A DNA stretch of 64,000 nucleotides, from assembly GCF_030028105.1 (NCBI RefSeq), contig NC_092378.1, positions 80,674,134-80,738,133 of the forward strand, in the 5' to 3' direction. Below the pieces are notes generated by a model that searched no databases, was not told the origin of the DNA, and saw only the letters and a list, made by a program, of their open reading frames with translations. Origin of the DNA: Mobula birostris (taxonomy: Eukaryota). The position numbers and the translations under genes are program-made. Shown one piece after another: positions 26,001-38,165 of the stretch (position 1 is its first letter; the number at the start of each line of letters is the position of its first letter).

Positions 26001-29000
26001 TCCCCGAATCCTGCACCCCGTAGAACAGTGAGTCCCAGACTCCTAAACCGTGTAAGACAGTGAGTCCCAGACTCCTATACCCCGTAGCATCGTAAGTCCC
26101 AAACTCCTATACCCCCTAGTACAGTGAGTCCCAGACTCCTACACCCCATAAGACAGTGAACCCAGACACCTACACACCATTAGACAGTGTGCCCAGACTC
26201 CTACGCCCCATAGTACAGTGGGTCCCAGACTCCTACAATCCATCAGACAGTGAGCCCAGACTCCTACATGCCGTAGTATAGTGAGTCCCAGACTCCTACA
26301 CCCCTTAGTACAGTGAGTCCCAGACTCCTACACCCCTTAGTACAGTGAGTCCCAGACTCCTACACCCCTTAGTACAGTGAGTCCCAGACTCCTACACACC
26401 ATTAGACAGTGAGCCCAGACTCCTACACACTGTAGTACAGTAAGTCACAGTCTCTTAAACATTGAGTCCCAGAATTCTACACCACATAGTACAGTGAGAC
26501 ACAAACTCCTACAATGCAAGGTACAATGAATCCCAGATTCCTTCACCCCATAAGACCTTGAGTCCCAGACTCCTACACCCCTTAGTACAGTGCGGCCCAG
26601 ACTCCTACACCCCGTTACACAGTGAGTCCCAGACTCCAACACAGTGTAGTACAGTAAATCACAGTCTCCTACACCCCCTTAGACAGTGAGTCCCTGAATT
26701 CTACATTCCGTAGTACAGTGAGTCCAGGACTCCTACACCCCAAAACATAGAGAGCCCAGACTTCTAAACCCCGTACTACAGTGAGTCCCAGATTCCTACA
26801 CACCACAGTACAGTGAGTCCCAGACTCCAGCACCCTTTAAACAGTGAGTCCCGGACTCATACATCCCAGCGAACAGTGAGTCCCAGACTCCTACTCCCCG
26901 TAGTACACTGAGTCCCAGACTCCTACATCTCATAAGACAGTGAGTCACAGTCTCCTACGCACCCTTAGACAGTGAGTCCCTGAATTCTACACTCAGTAGT
27001 ACAGTGAGTCCAGGACTCCTACACACCACTGTACAGTGAGTCCCAGACTCCAGCACCCTGTAAACAGTGAGCCCCAGACTCATACATCCCAGCGAACAGT
27101 GAGATCCAGACTCCTACACCTCGTAGTACTGTGAGTCCCAGACTCCTACACCCCATAAGAGAGTGAGCCCAGTCTGATACACCCCATCAGACAGTAAGTC
27201 CCAGACTCCTACACCCTGTTAGGCAGTGAGTCCCAGACTTGTACACCCCATAAGACAGTGACCCAGACTCCTACACCCTGTAGTACAGTGAATCCCAGAC
27301 TCCTACACACAACAGTACAATGAGACACAGACTCACACATACCGTAGTACATTGAGACCCAGACCCCTACACCCCGTAGTACACTGAGTCCCTGAATCCT
27401 GCACCCCGTAGAACAGTGAGTCCCAGACTCCTAAACCGTGTAAGACAGTGAGTCCCAGACTCCTATACCCTGTAGCATCGTAAGTCCCAGACTCCTATAC
27501 CCCCTAGCACAGTGAGTCCCAGACTCCTACACCGCATAAGACAGTGAACCCAGATGCCTACACACCGTTAGATAGTGTGCCCGGACTCCTACACCCCATA
27601 GTACAGTGGATCCCAGACTCCTACAATCCATCAGACAGTGAGCCCAGACTCCTACATGCCGTAGTATAGTGAGTCCCAGACTCCTACACCCCTTAGTACA
27701 GTGAGTCCCAGACTCCTACACACTAAAAAACAGTGAGTCCCAGACTCCTACACCCCATAAGACAGTGAAGCCAGACTCCTACATGCCGTAGTACAGTGTG
27801 TCCCAGACTCCTACACCCCTTAGTACAGTGAGTCCCAGACTCCTACACACAGTAGTACAGTGCGTCCCAGAATCCTACACACTAAAAAACAGTGAGTCCC
27901 AGACTCCTACACCCCATAAGACAGTGAAGCCAGACTCCTACACGCCATTAGACAGTGAGCCCAGACTCCTACATACTGTAGTACAGTAAGTCACAGTCTC
28001 CTACGCACCCTTAGACATTGAGTCCCAGAATTCTACACCACATAGTACAGTGAGACACAAACTCCTACAATGCAAGGTACAATGAATCCCAGATTCCTTC
28101 ACCCCATAAGACCTTGAGTCCCAGACTCCTACACCTCTTAGTACAGTGCGGCCCAGACTCCTACACCCTGTAAGCTATTGAGCCCAGACGCCTACACCCC
28201 GCAGTACATTGATTCCCAGACTTCAACACTGCAGTACAGTGAGTCCCAGACTCCTACACCCCATAAGGCAGTTATCCCAGACTCCTACACCCTGTTAGAC
28301 AGTTAGACCCAGACTCATACACCCCATAAGACAGTGACCCAGACTCCTACACCCCGTAGTACAGTGAGTCCCAGACTCCTACACATCGTAGTACAGTTAG
28401 TCCTAGACTCCTACAGACCATAGTACAGTGAGCTCCAGACTCCGGTACTCCGTAGTACAGTGAGTCCCAGACTCCCACACCCCGCAGTACAGTGAGTACA
28501 AGACTCCTACACTCCGTAGTACAGTGAGTCCCAGACTCCAACACCCCACAGTACAGTGAGTACAAGACTCCTACGCGCCGTAATACAGTGAGTTCTGGAC
28601 TCCTACACCCCAGAGTACAGTGAGTCCCAGACTCCTACCCCCTGTAGTACAGTGAGCAACGACTCCTACACACCGTAGTACAGTAACTCCCACAGTCCTG
28701 CAACCCATAAGACGGTGAGCCCAAACCGCTACACCCCGTGGTACATTGAGACCCAGACTCCTACACCCCATAGTACAGTGAGTCCCAGACCCCTACACCC
28801 CTTAGTACAGTGAGTCCCAGACTCCTACCCCAGAGTACAGTGAGTCCCAGACTCTAACACCCTGCAGTACAATGAGCCCCAGACTCCTACACCCCATTAG
28901 ACAGTGAGTCCCAGACTCCTAGACCCTATAAGACAGTGAGTCCCACACTCCTACACCCGATAGTACCATGAGTCCCAGGCTCATATATCCTGTAGTACTG

Positions 29001-32000
29001 TGAGTCCTAGACTCCTACACCCAATGTACAGTGAGACATAGTCTCTTACAACCTGTATTACATTGAGACCCAGACTCCTAAACCTTGTAAGACAGTGAGT
29101 CCCGACTCCTAAACCCCATAAGACAGTGAGTCCCAGACTCCAACACCCCTTAAGACAGTGAGCCCAGACTCCTACACCCCATACTATAGTGAGTACCAGA
29201 CTGCTACACCGCATAGTACAGTGAGCCCCAGACTCCTACACCCCGTAGTACAGTGAGACCCAGACTCCTACACCCCGTAGTACAGTCAGTCCCAGACTCC
29301 TACACACTGTAGTACAGTGAGTCCCAGACTTCTACACCCCGTAGTACATTGAGTCCCAGACTCCTACATCGTGTAGTACAGTGAGCCCCAGACTCCTACA
29401 CCCTGTATTACAGTGAGTCCCAGACTCCTACACACTACAAGACAGTGAGCCCAGACTCCTACACCCCGTAGTACAGTGAGTCCCATACTGCTGCACACCG
29501 TATTACAATGAGTAATACAATGACAGTGAGCCCAGACTCCTACATGCTATAAGATATTGAGTCCCAGACTCCTACAGACCGTAGTACAGTGAGTCCCAGG
29601 CTACTACACCCTGTATATAGTGAGCCCCAGTCTTCTACACCCTGTAGTACAGTGAGTCCCAGACTCTGACACCCCATAGTATAGTGCATCCCAGACTCCT
29701 ACACCCTGTAAACAGTGAGTCCCAGAGTCCTACATCACATATTACAGTGAGACCCAGACACCTACACCCCGTAGTATCGGGAGTCCCAGACACCTGCACA
29801 CGATAAGATAGTGAGCCCAGACTCCTACACCCCATAAGACAGTGAGTCCCAGACTCTTATACCCCGTAGTACAGTGAGTCCCAGACTCTTACACCCCGTA
29901 GTACAGTCAGTCTCAGACTTTTCCACCCCGTAGTACCATGAGTCCCAGACTCTTACACCCTGTAATACAGTGAGTCACAGACTCCTAAAAAACGTAGTAC
30001 AGGTAGTCCCGGACTCCTACACCCCATGGTATAGTGAGTCCCAGACTCCTACACACTGTAAGATAGTGAGTCCCACACTCCTGCACCCCGTAGTACCGTG
30101 AATCCCAGACTCTTATACCCCGTAGTACAGTGAGTCCCAGACTCCTAAACCTTGTAAGACAGTGAGTCCTTGACTCCTACACCCCATAAGACAGTGAGTC
30201 CCAGACTCCAACACCCCTTAAGACAGTGAACCCAGACTCCTATACCCCGTAGTACAGTGATTCCCGACTTCTACACCCCAAAAGACAGTTAGTCCCAGAC
30301 ACCTACACCCCATAAAACAGTGAGCCCAGACTCCTACAACCCCTTGAACTGTGAGTCCCAGACTCCTACACTACATAGTACAGTGAGACCCAGACTCCTA
30401 CACCCAACGTGTAGTGAGAACCAAACTCCTACACACCGTAGTACAGTGCGACCCAGACTCCTACACACCGTAGTACAGGAGTCCCAGATTGCTACATCCT
30501 ATAGTACAGTTACAGCCAGACTCCTACACCCCGTAGTACAGTGAGACCCAGATTCCTACAACTCATAGTATAGTGAGTCCCAGAAACCTCCACCTCGTAG
30601 TACAGTGAGTCCCAGACTTCTACAGCCCGTAGTACACTGAGTCCCAGTACTACACCCCATGGTACAGTTGAGTCCCAGACTCCTGCACGCTGTAAACAGT
30701 GCGTCCCGGACTCCTACATCCCATAGTACAGTGAGACCCAGACTCCTACACCCCGTACTACTGTGAGTCCCGGACTCCTACACCACTTAAGATGGTGAGC
30801 ACAGACTCCTACACCCCGTAGTACAGTGAGTCCCAGACTCCTACACCCCATTATAGAGTGAGACCAGACTCCTACACCCCGTAGCACAGTGAGTCCCAAA
30901 CTCCTACATGCCATAGTACAGTGAGTTCCAGAGTCCTACACATCTTCGTACTGTGCGCCCCAGACTCCTAGACACAGTAGTACAGTGCGTCCCAGGTTGC
31001 TACATCTCATAGTACAATGACATCCAGACTCCGACACCCCATAGTACAGTGAGACTCAGACTCCTACAACCCATAGTACAGTGAATCCAAGGCTCCTTCT
31101 CCTGAAGTACAGTGAGTCCCAGACTCCTACACCCCATAATACAGTGACCCCAGACTCGTACACCACGTAGCACAGTGGGTCCCAGATTCCTACAACCCAC
31201 AAAACAGTGAGCCCGGACTCCTACACCCCGTGGTACAGAGAGTATCAGATTCCTACACACCATGGTACAGTGTGTCAGACTCCTACACACCATAGTATAT
31301 TAAGACCCAGAATCGTACCCACTGAAAGACAGTGACTCACAGACTCCTACACCCCTAAAGACAGTGAGTCCGAGACTCCTACACCCTATAAGAAATTGAG
31401 CCCAGTCTCCTACATCCCGCTAGACAGTGAGACCCAAACTGCTACAGCCCATACTACAGTGAGACTCAGACTCCTACACCCCGTTGTACAGTGAGACCCA
31501 GACACCTACAACCCATAGTACACAGAGTCCCAGACTCCTACACCGCATCGTACTGTGAGTGCCAGACTCCTACATCCCGTAGTACAGTGAGTCCCAGACT
31601 CCTAAGACCCATAAGACAGTGAGCCGAGACTCCTACACCCCGTTAGACACTGAGTCCAGACTCCTGCACCCCGTAGGACAGTGAGTCCCAGACTCCTACA
31701 CCCCATAGTGCAGTGAGTCCCAAACTCCTACACCCCACAGTATAGTGAGTACCAGACTCCTACACACCGTAGTACAGTGAGTTCCAGACTCCTAAAACCC
31801 ATAAGACAGTGAGCCCAGACTCCTACACCCCGTTAGACAGTGAGCCCAGACTCCTGCACCCCGTAGGACAGTGGGTCCCAGACTCCTACACCCCATAGTG
31901 CAGTGAGTCCCAAACTCCTACACCCCACAGTATAGTGAGTCCCAGACTCCTACATCCCACAGTACAGTGAGTCCCAGACTCCTACATCCCACAGTACAGT

Positions 32001-33337
32001 GAGTCCCAGACTCCTACACACCGTAGTACAGTTAGTCCTAGACTCCTGCAGACCGTAGTACAGTGAGCTCCAGACTCCTGCACCCCGTAGTACAGTGAGT
32101 CCCAAACTCCTACACCCCACAGTACAGTGAGTACCAGACTCCTACACGCCGTAGTACAGTGAGTTCCAGACTCCTACACCCCAGAGTACAGTGAGTCCCA
32201 GACTCCTACCCCCTGTAGTACAGTGAGCAACGACTCCTACACACCGTAGTACGGTAAGTCCCACACTCCTACAACCCATAAGACAGTGAGCCCAGACTCC
32301 TACACCCCATAGTACAGTGAGTCCCAGACTCCTACACCCAGTAAGACATTGAGTCCCAGACTCCTACACCCTGTAGTACAGTGTGCCCAGACTCCTATGC
32401 CCCGTAGTACACTGAGTCCCAGACTCCTACACCCCATTAGACAGTGAGCCCAGACTCCTACACCCCATAGTACAGTGAGTCCCAGTCTCCTGTACCCTGA
32501 ATGACAGTGAGTTCCAGACTCCAACACCCTAAATCACTGAGCCCAGACTCGTACATTCCGTAGTACAGTGATTCCCAGACTCTTACACCCCATAGTACAG
32601 TGAGTCCCAGACACCTACACCCCATTGTACAGTGTGTCCCAGTCTCCTACACCCTGCAGTACAGTGTGTCCCAGTGTCCTACACCTTTTAAGACCGTGAG
32701 TCCCAGACTCCTATAGCCCATAGTACAGTAAGTCCCAGACCCCTACACCCCATAAGACAGTGAGCCCAGTCTCCTACACCCCGGAGTATAGTCAGTCCCA
32801 AACTCCTACAGCCCATAGTACAGTGAGTCCCAGACTCCTACACCCCATAGTACAGTGAGTCCCAGACTCCTACACCCTGTAATACAGTGAGTCCCAGACT
32901 CCTGCACCTTTCAGTACAGTGAGTCCCAGACTCCTACACCCCATAGCACAGTGAGTCCAGTCTCCTACACCCCGGAGTACAGTCAGTCCCATACTCCTAC
33001 ACCCCATAAGACAGTGAGCCCAGTCTCCTACTCCCCGGAGTACAGTCAGTCCCAGACTCCTACACCCTGTAGTGCAGTGAGTCCCAGACTCCTGCAGCTC
33101 GTAATACAGTGAGTCCCAGACTCCTGCACCTTTCAGTACAGTGAGTCCCAGACTCCTACACCCCGTAGCACAGTGAGTCCCAGACTCCTACACTCCATAG
33201 TACAGTGAGTCCCAGACTCCTACACCCCGTAGTACAGTGAGTCCCGGACTCCTACACCCCGTATTACTGTGAGTCTCAGACTGCCACGCCCCGTAGTACA
33301 GTGAGTCCCAGACTCCTGCACTCTGTAAGACCGTGAA

Positions 33338-34045
33338 TGTCATGATCCAGCCCTTGAAGTCCACGTTCCGGTTCACGGTCTGGTCCGTGGACTCCGGACT
33401 CCAGGTCTTCCAGCTGTCCCTTGTTTCAGTTGGGTTTAATCATTGGCACCTATTGCTCGACTTGGGGCCTGGAATATAAGTGGCCCTGGATTCGAGTGTG
33501 GTTGCTGGTTTGTCTCCTCAGTATCCTGCCCTTGCCTCTGTGGGGTAAATCAGGCTGTCTTTGCTGTTACCCTGTGGTTGGATCTGTCCCTTCCTGTCCT
33601 TGCCTCTGTTGGGTAAGCCATGCCATCTTTGCTGTTACCCTAAGGCTGGAATGTTTCCTTCCCTTCCCCTTCCCCTTCCTTTTGGAGCCTTGCCCTGCAA
33701 CCTGTGTCTGGAGCCTTGCCCTGCCTGCGCCTTCACTAGGTAGATCTGGCTGTTTGCTGCTACCTAGTGTTGGGAACCGTCTTGTCGTGTTCAGCATTCT
33801 CTGTAGAACCCTGGACCCATGTCCTGTTCCCAAGGAGGGGAACTGGCTCTGTGTCCCGTGTACGAGTCTCGGCCCTAAGTCCTGTTCCCAAGGAGGGGTC
33901 CTGGCTCTGTGTTCCATGTCCCTGTGTTCCTGTCTCTGAAGTCCAAGGCTCCATGTTCTCATGGTCTAGACCAGGGCTCTGTGTTCCTTTCTGCCCCAAG
34001 ACAAAGGCTCTGTGTTCTGCGTTCCTGTCGTCCTAAGTCCAAGGT
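33338..34045 (+). mobile_element. LTR (3'-truncated) terminating the satellite
   Basis: Starts TGTCATG, has TATA-like AATATAAG at ~33473 and internal short repeats, and is homologous to 14657-16374. Confidence 0.75.
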
Positions 34046-34348
34046 TTCTCCTCCTCAAATGTATATGGTTTCATTGCACAGCCTCAGAATAGCAGATGGA
34101 GGTGATAGACACCATAGGAAACATCCTCTCCACGGCCACTCCATCTAGGCCTTTCTATATCTGATACTACTAAGTGATCGAGGCTGACGTGCTGCCATTC
34201 CATTAACAGCTTTAACTGAATGTTGCAGATCCAGTCAAAGTGACTCCTTACCACCCCATATCCCTTCCACCTGCTTCCCCAACTTCGAAATGCTGGCTAC
34301 CATTGTATTCGGAGAAAACAATTTCAAGTTCAAGTTTAACCAATCATG

Positions 34349-34775
34349 AATTTACCAGGATGCTGCCTAGTTTAGAGAGTATGCATTATGATCAGAGATT
34401 AAGGGAGCTAGGGCTTTACTCTTTGGAGAGAAGGAGGGTGAGAGGAGACATGATAGAGGTGTACAAATAATAAGAGGAATAGATAGAGTGGATAGCCTAC
34501 GCCTCTTCCCCAGGGCACCACTGCTCAATACAAGAGGACATGTCTTTAAGGTAAGGGGTGGGAAGTTCATGGGGGATAATAGAGGAAGGTTTTTTACTCA
34601 GAGAGTGGTTGGTGCGTGGAGTACACTGCCTGAGTCAGTGGTGGAGGCAGATACACTAGTGAAATTTAAGAGACTACAAGACAGGTATATTTAAAGTGGG
34701 GGGTTATATGGGAGGCAGGGTTTGAGGGTCAGCACAACATTGTGGGCCAAAGGGCCTGTACTATTCTATGTTCCA
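34349..34775 (+). mobile_element. CR1 3' end
   Basis: FTRMLPSLESMHYDQRLRELGLYSLERRR; same subfamily as 57709-60655. Confidence 0.9.
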
Positions 34776-35974
34776 TGTAAATGATAGAATGTTCCAGAAA
34801 GAACTTGTGACTCTACTGCCTAGAACTGTCCCTCAATTGTTGCCTGTCAGATACATCACCAGAGTGATATAACAAAATTCTTCTAATATAATTGGTAGAT
34901 GCATATATATTAGGGATTTTTAGGAGACATTTGATAGACACATGAATGTGAATAAAGTGGAAGGATATGGACATTATGTAAGCTGAGGGGATTAGTTTAG
35001 TCAATCATTTGATTACTAATATATTTGAATTTGCATACCATTGTGGGCTGAAGGGCCTGTTCCTGTGTTGTACAGTTCTATATTCTATGTTTTATATGTA
35101 ATTAAAATTGTGTTTCAGGTCTTGAAAGCAGTCAAATAACAGACACAATGGGACTGGTCACAAGACCTTTGAGTGCTGACTATTTCTTTTGATTTGCAAA
35201 TGAAAAAGCTTGGAACCAGGGAAAGCATAATTTATCAGCGCTCCATTTGCTTGTACACTATAAAATACTCTTGCATGCCTGTTGATTTATGTAAGGGTGA
35301 TTAGAAATTGCTAACAAGCACAAAATATGGTATAGAATAACTACAGATAAACAAAATAAAAGATACTGAATGGGAAAACAGAAACTGCAATTATATCTGT
35401 CCTGATACAAGTCAGTATGTAAATTATGACACCTTAATAGTACTGGGACATATCATTAATTTTCCTGCACAGATTAGATTTGTAGAGGTGCTAAATATGA
35501 CAGCTTGGTAATTGTTACCACAATATTCTAATTATAATTGACAAAGCCCTGCAAGATCTTAAACAGAATCCTCTGCAGCTCAATCATCCTTGCATATTGC
35601 AATTCTTTAAGGAAGATTCTATGTAAATAGAGTATATGTTAATATTTGTCAAAATCTGGTTTAATATCACTGGCATAGGGTGTAAAATTTTTTGTCTTTG
35701 CATCAGCAGTGCAATGCAATACATGATAACATAAAGCATGAATTACAGTAAATGTATCCTGTGTGTGTGTATGTATGTGTATATATATATAGTATTACTG
35801 AGTTTGCCCACAAGTAAGTTAATCTCAGGATTGTATAATGTCCCATATATGCACTTCGATAATAAACTTCTTTTAAACGCGCACAACACCAGGTTGAAGA
35901 ACATTGTACTCGTGTATTGTGTTATATAAGATCACAGGAAAGATTCTAGCATGGATGAAGTAGTGGCTGATTGA

Positions 35975-37120
35975 CAGGGAGCTTTTTCTGGTTGGCTGCC
36001 AGTGACTTGTGGTGTTCCACAGGGATCTGTGTTGGGACCAATTCTTTTTATGTTATGTGTCAATGATTTGGATGATGGAATTGATGATTTTATTGCAAAG
36101 TTTGCAGATGACATGAAGATTGGTGGAGGGGCAGGTAGTTTTGAGGAAGTAGAGAGGCTACAGGAAGACATGGACAGTTTACAAGAATGGATAAAGAAAT
36201 GGCATATGGAATATAGTATCAGAAAGTGTATGGCCATGCACTTTGGTAGAAGAAATGAAAGGGTTGGAAATTTTCTAATTGGAGCGAAAATATAAAAAAT
36301 TTGAAATGCAAAGTGCATGGTACATGAAGCTTAGAAAAACAGAGGGCTATGGGTAACCCTAGGTAATCTCTAAAAGCAAGTACATGTTCGGCGCAGCATT
36401 GTGGGCCAAAGGGCATGCATTGTGCTGTAGTTTTCTATGTTTCTATGTTTCAAAGGGACCTGGGAGTCCTTGTGCAGAATTCCCTAAAGATTAATTTGTG
36501 GGTTGAATCCGTGGTGAGGAAGGCAAATACGATGTTGGCATTCATTTCAAGAGGGTGTAAAGTTGCGACTTTATAAAGCATTGGTGAGGCCTCACTTGGA
36601 GTACTGTGAACAGTTTTGTGCCCCTTATTTTAGAAAGGAGAAGGTTCAAAGGAAGTTCACGAAAATGATTTCAACATTGAATGGTTTGTCATATGAAGAG
36701 CACCTGATGACTCGGGACAGGTATTCATTCAAATTGAGAAGAATGAAGGGTGACCTCATTAAAACCTATCGAATGGTGAAAGTCTAGAGTGGGTGTGGAG
36801 AGGATGTTTCCTATGGTGGGAGAGTCTAAGACCAGAGGACACAGCCTCAAAATAGATGGGCGTCCTTTTAGAATAGAGATGAGGAGGAATTTCTTTAGCC
36901 AGAGAGTGGTGAATCTGTGGAATTCTTTGCAGCTGTGGAGGCCAAGTCTTTATGTATATTTAAGGGAGAGGTTGATAGATTCTTGATTGGTCAGGGCATG
37001 AAGGGATATAGGGAGAAGGCAGGAGATTGAAGCTGAAAGGGAAATGGACCAGCCCTGATGAAATAACAGAGCAGACTCAGTGGGCTAAATAGCCTAATTC
37101 TGCTCCTATATCTTATGGTC
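35975..37120 (+). mobile_element. CR1 RT fragment with a second CR1 tail nested at ~36320-36450
   Basis: ORF 36002-36295 GVPQGSVLGPILF...KFADDMKIGG; ORF 36563-36787 LYKALVRPHLEYC. Confidence 0.88.
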
Positions 37121-38165
37121 TTACAAATTTGTACGACTGACAATAAATTCAACTTTGACCTGAACACCTTTGCTCCATCTACATCAAGTCAGGTGTTTAT
37201 TCCAGCCCCCATTTCAATCCCAGCATGTCTGTTTATGGCCTCCTCTACTGCCATGATTGTTTATTCCTCTCCACAGATGCTGCCTGACCTGCTGAATTCA
37301 TGCAGCATTTTGTGTGTGTTACTTGAACTCTGACTTTTATTTGTCTCCTGCAACTGAGCTAGTTTTTGTTCAATTTGCCAATCCCACACAGTTTCCCTGG
37401 GACTTTTCTTTTTTCGATTAGTCTATTATGTTGCCTTGTCAAAGCCTTGCTAACATCTATGTAGACTAAATCAAAGGCACTGTCTTCATTGGTGCTCCTT
37501 GTTACTTTCACAAAAGATTAAATCATTAGTTTGACATGACCTTCCCTGTGCAAATTCAAACTGACTGTCTTTGATTAATTTGAGCCTTTCTAAGTGAACA
37601 GTGTTCTTCAGAATTAATTCCAATACTTGCTCATCATCAGAGTTAAGTTAATTGAATGGTAGTTGTTAGTCTTTGTTTATAGTTTTTTTTATAAATTCTG
37701 TTGTATTTCATTATTTTCCTGTAAATACCTGCTAGAAAATAAATCTCAAGATAGTATTTGGTGATATATACTACTTTAATAATAAATTTAATTTGACATT
37801 GAATAAATTTACTTTGACTTTCAAGGACTCCACAACTCATGTTCCGTTGGGCCATCAGACTTTGATTAATTGGGCCAGTTGCTTATTTGGAACAACCCTT
37901 AAAGAAAATAACTAATTGAGAAAATTGCCTGGATTCCCATTGTTTATTTTGGACACTATGCCATTTAATTGGGATAGGAGACCGTTGCTGAACAGTTTCT
38001 AACTAATGTCATTTGCGTGCACTCTAAAGGCTGTTAAACACTACATCATGCTTAGAATGAACCGTTTTTAAATAGCGTCAGTTGTGTGTGTTTGTATTCA
38101 AAAGGCAGTGATTTTTGTCACTGATCACTGGGAAATTCAGAACTGTTTTGCTTACTCCAGGGTTT

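Larger units (their letters stand above)
18070..33337. repeat. Satellite array, 32-bp consensus GTGAGTCCCAGACTCCTACACCCCGTAGTACA (31-bp and ..ATAAGACA variants)
   Basis: Directly visible tandem units over ~15.3 kb, about 440 units by length estimate, interrupted once at 18879-20032. Confidence 0.98.

Noticed and set aside
18070-33337. CRISPR-like array (32-bp partly palindromic repeats)
   Set aside because: Units are directly tandem with no unique spacers, there are no cas genes, and the context is eukaryotic.
18070-33337. V(D)J recombination signals (CACAGTG/TACAGTG in many units) or an Ig switch region
   Set aside because: No ACAAAAACC nonamer at 12/23 spacing, no V/D/J segments, and no AGCT enrichment; the heptamer is simply part of the monomer.
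18070-33337. Hammerhead-containing satellite like newt or schistosome satellites
   Set aside because: No CUGANGA/GAAA core on either strand of the monomer.
18085-33376. Many short ORFs in the satellite (GCRSLGLTVLRGVGVWDSLYYGV etc.)
   Set aside because: Translation artefacts of a 32-bp unit cycling through reading frames.
33421-33962. 172-aa Cys/Leu-rich and 131-aa ORFs
   Set aside because: They lie inside an LTR with internal repeats and have no recognisable domain.
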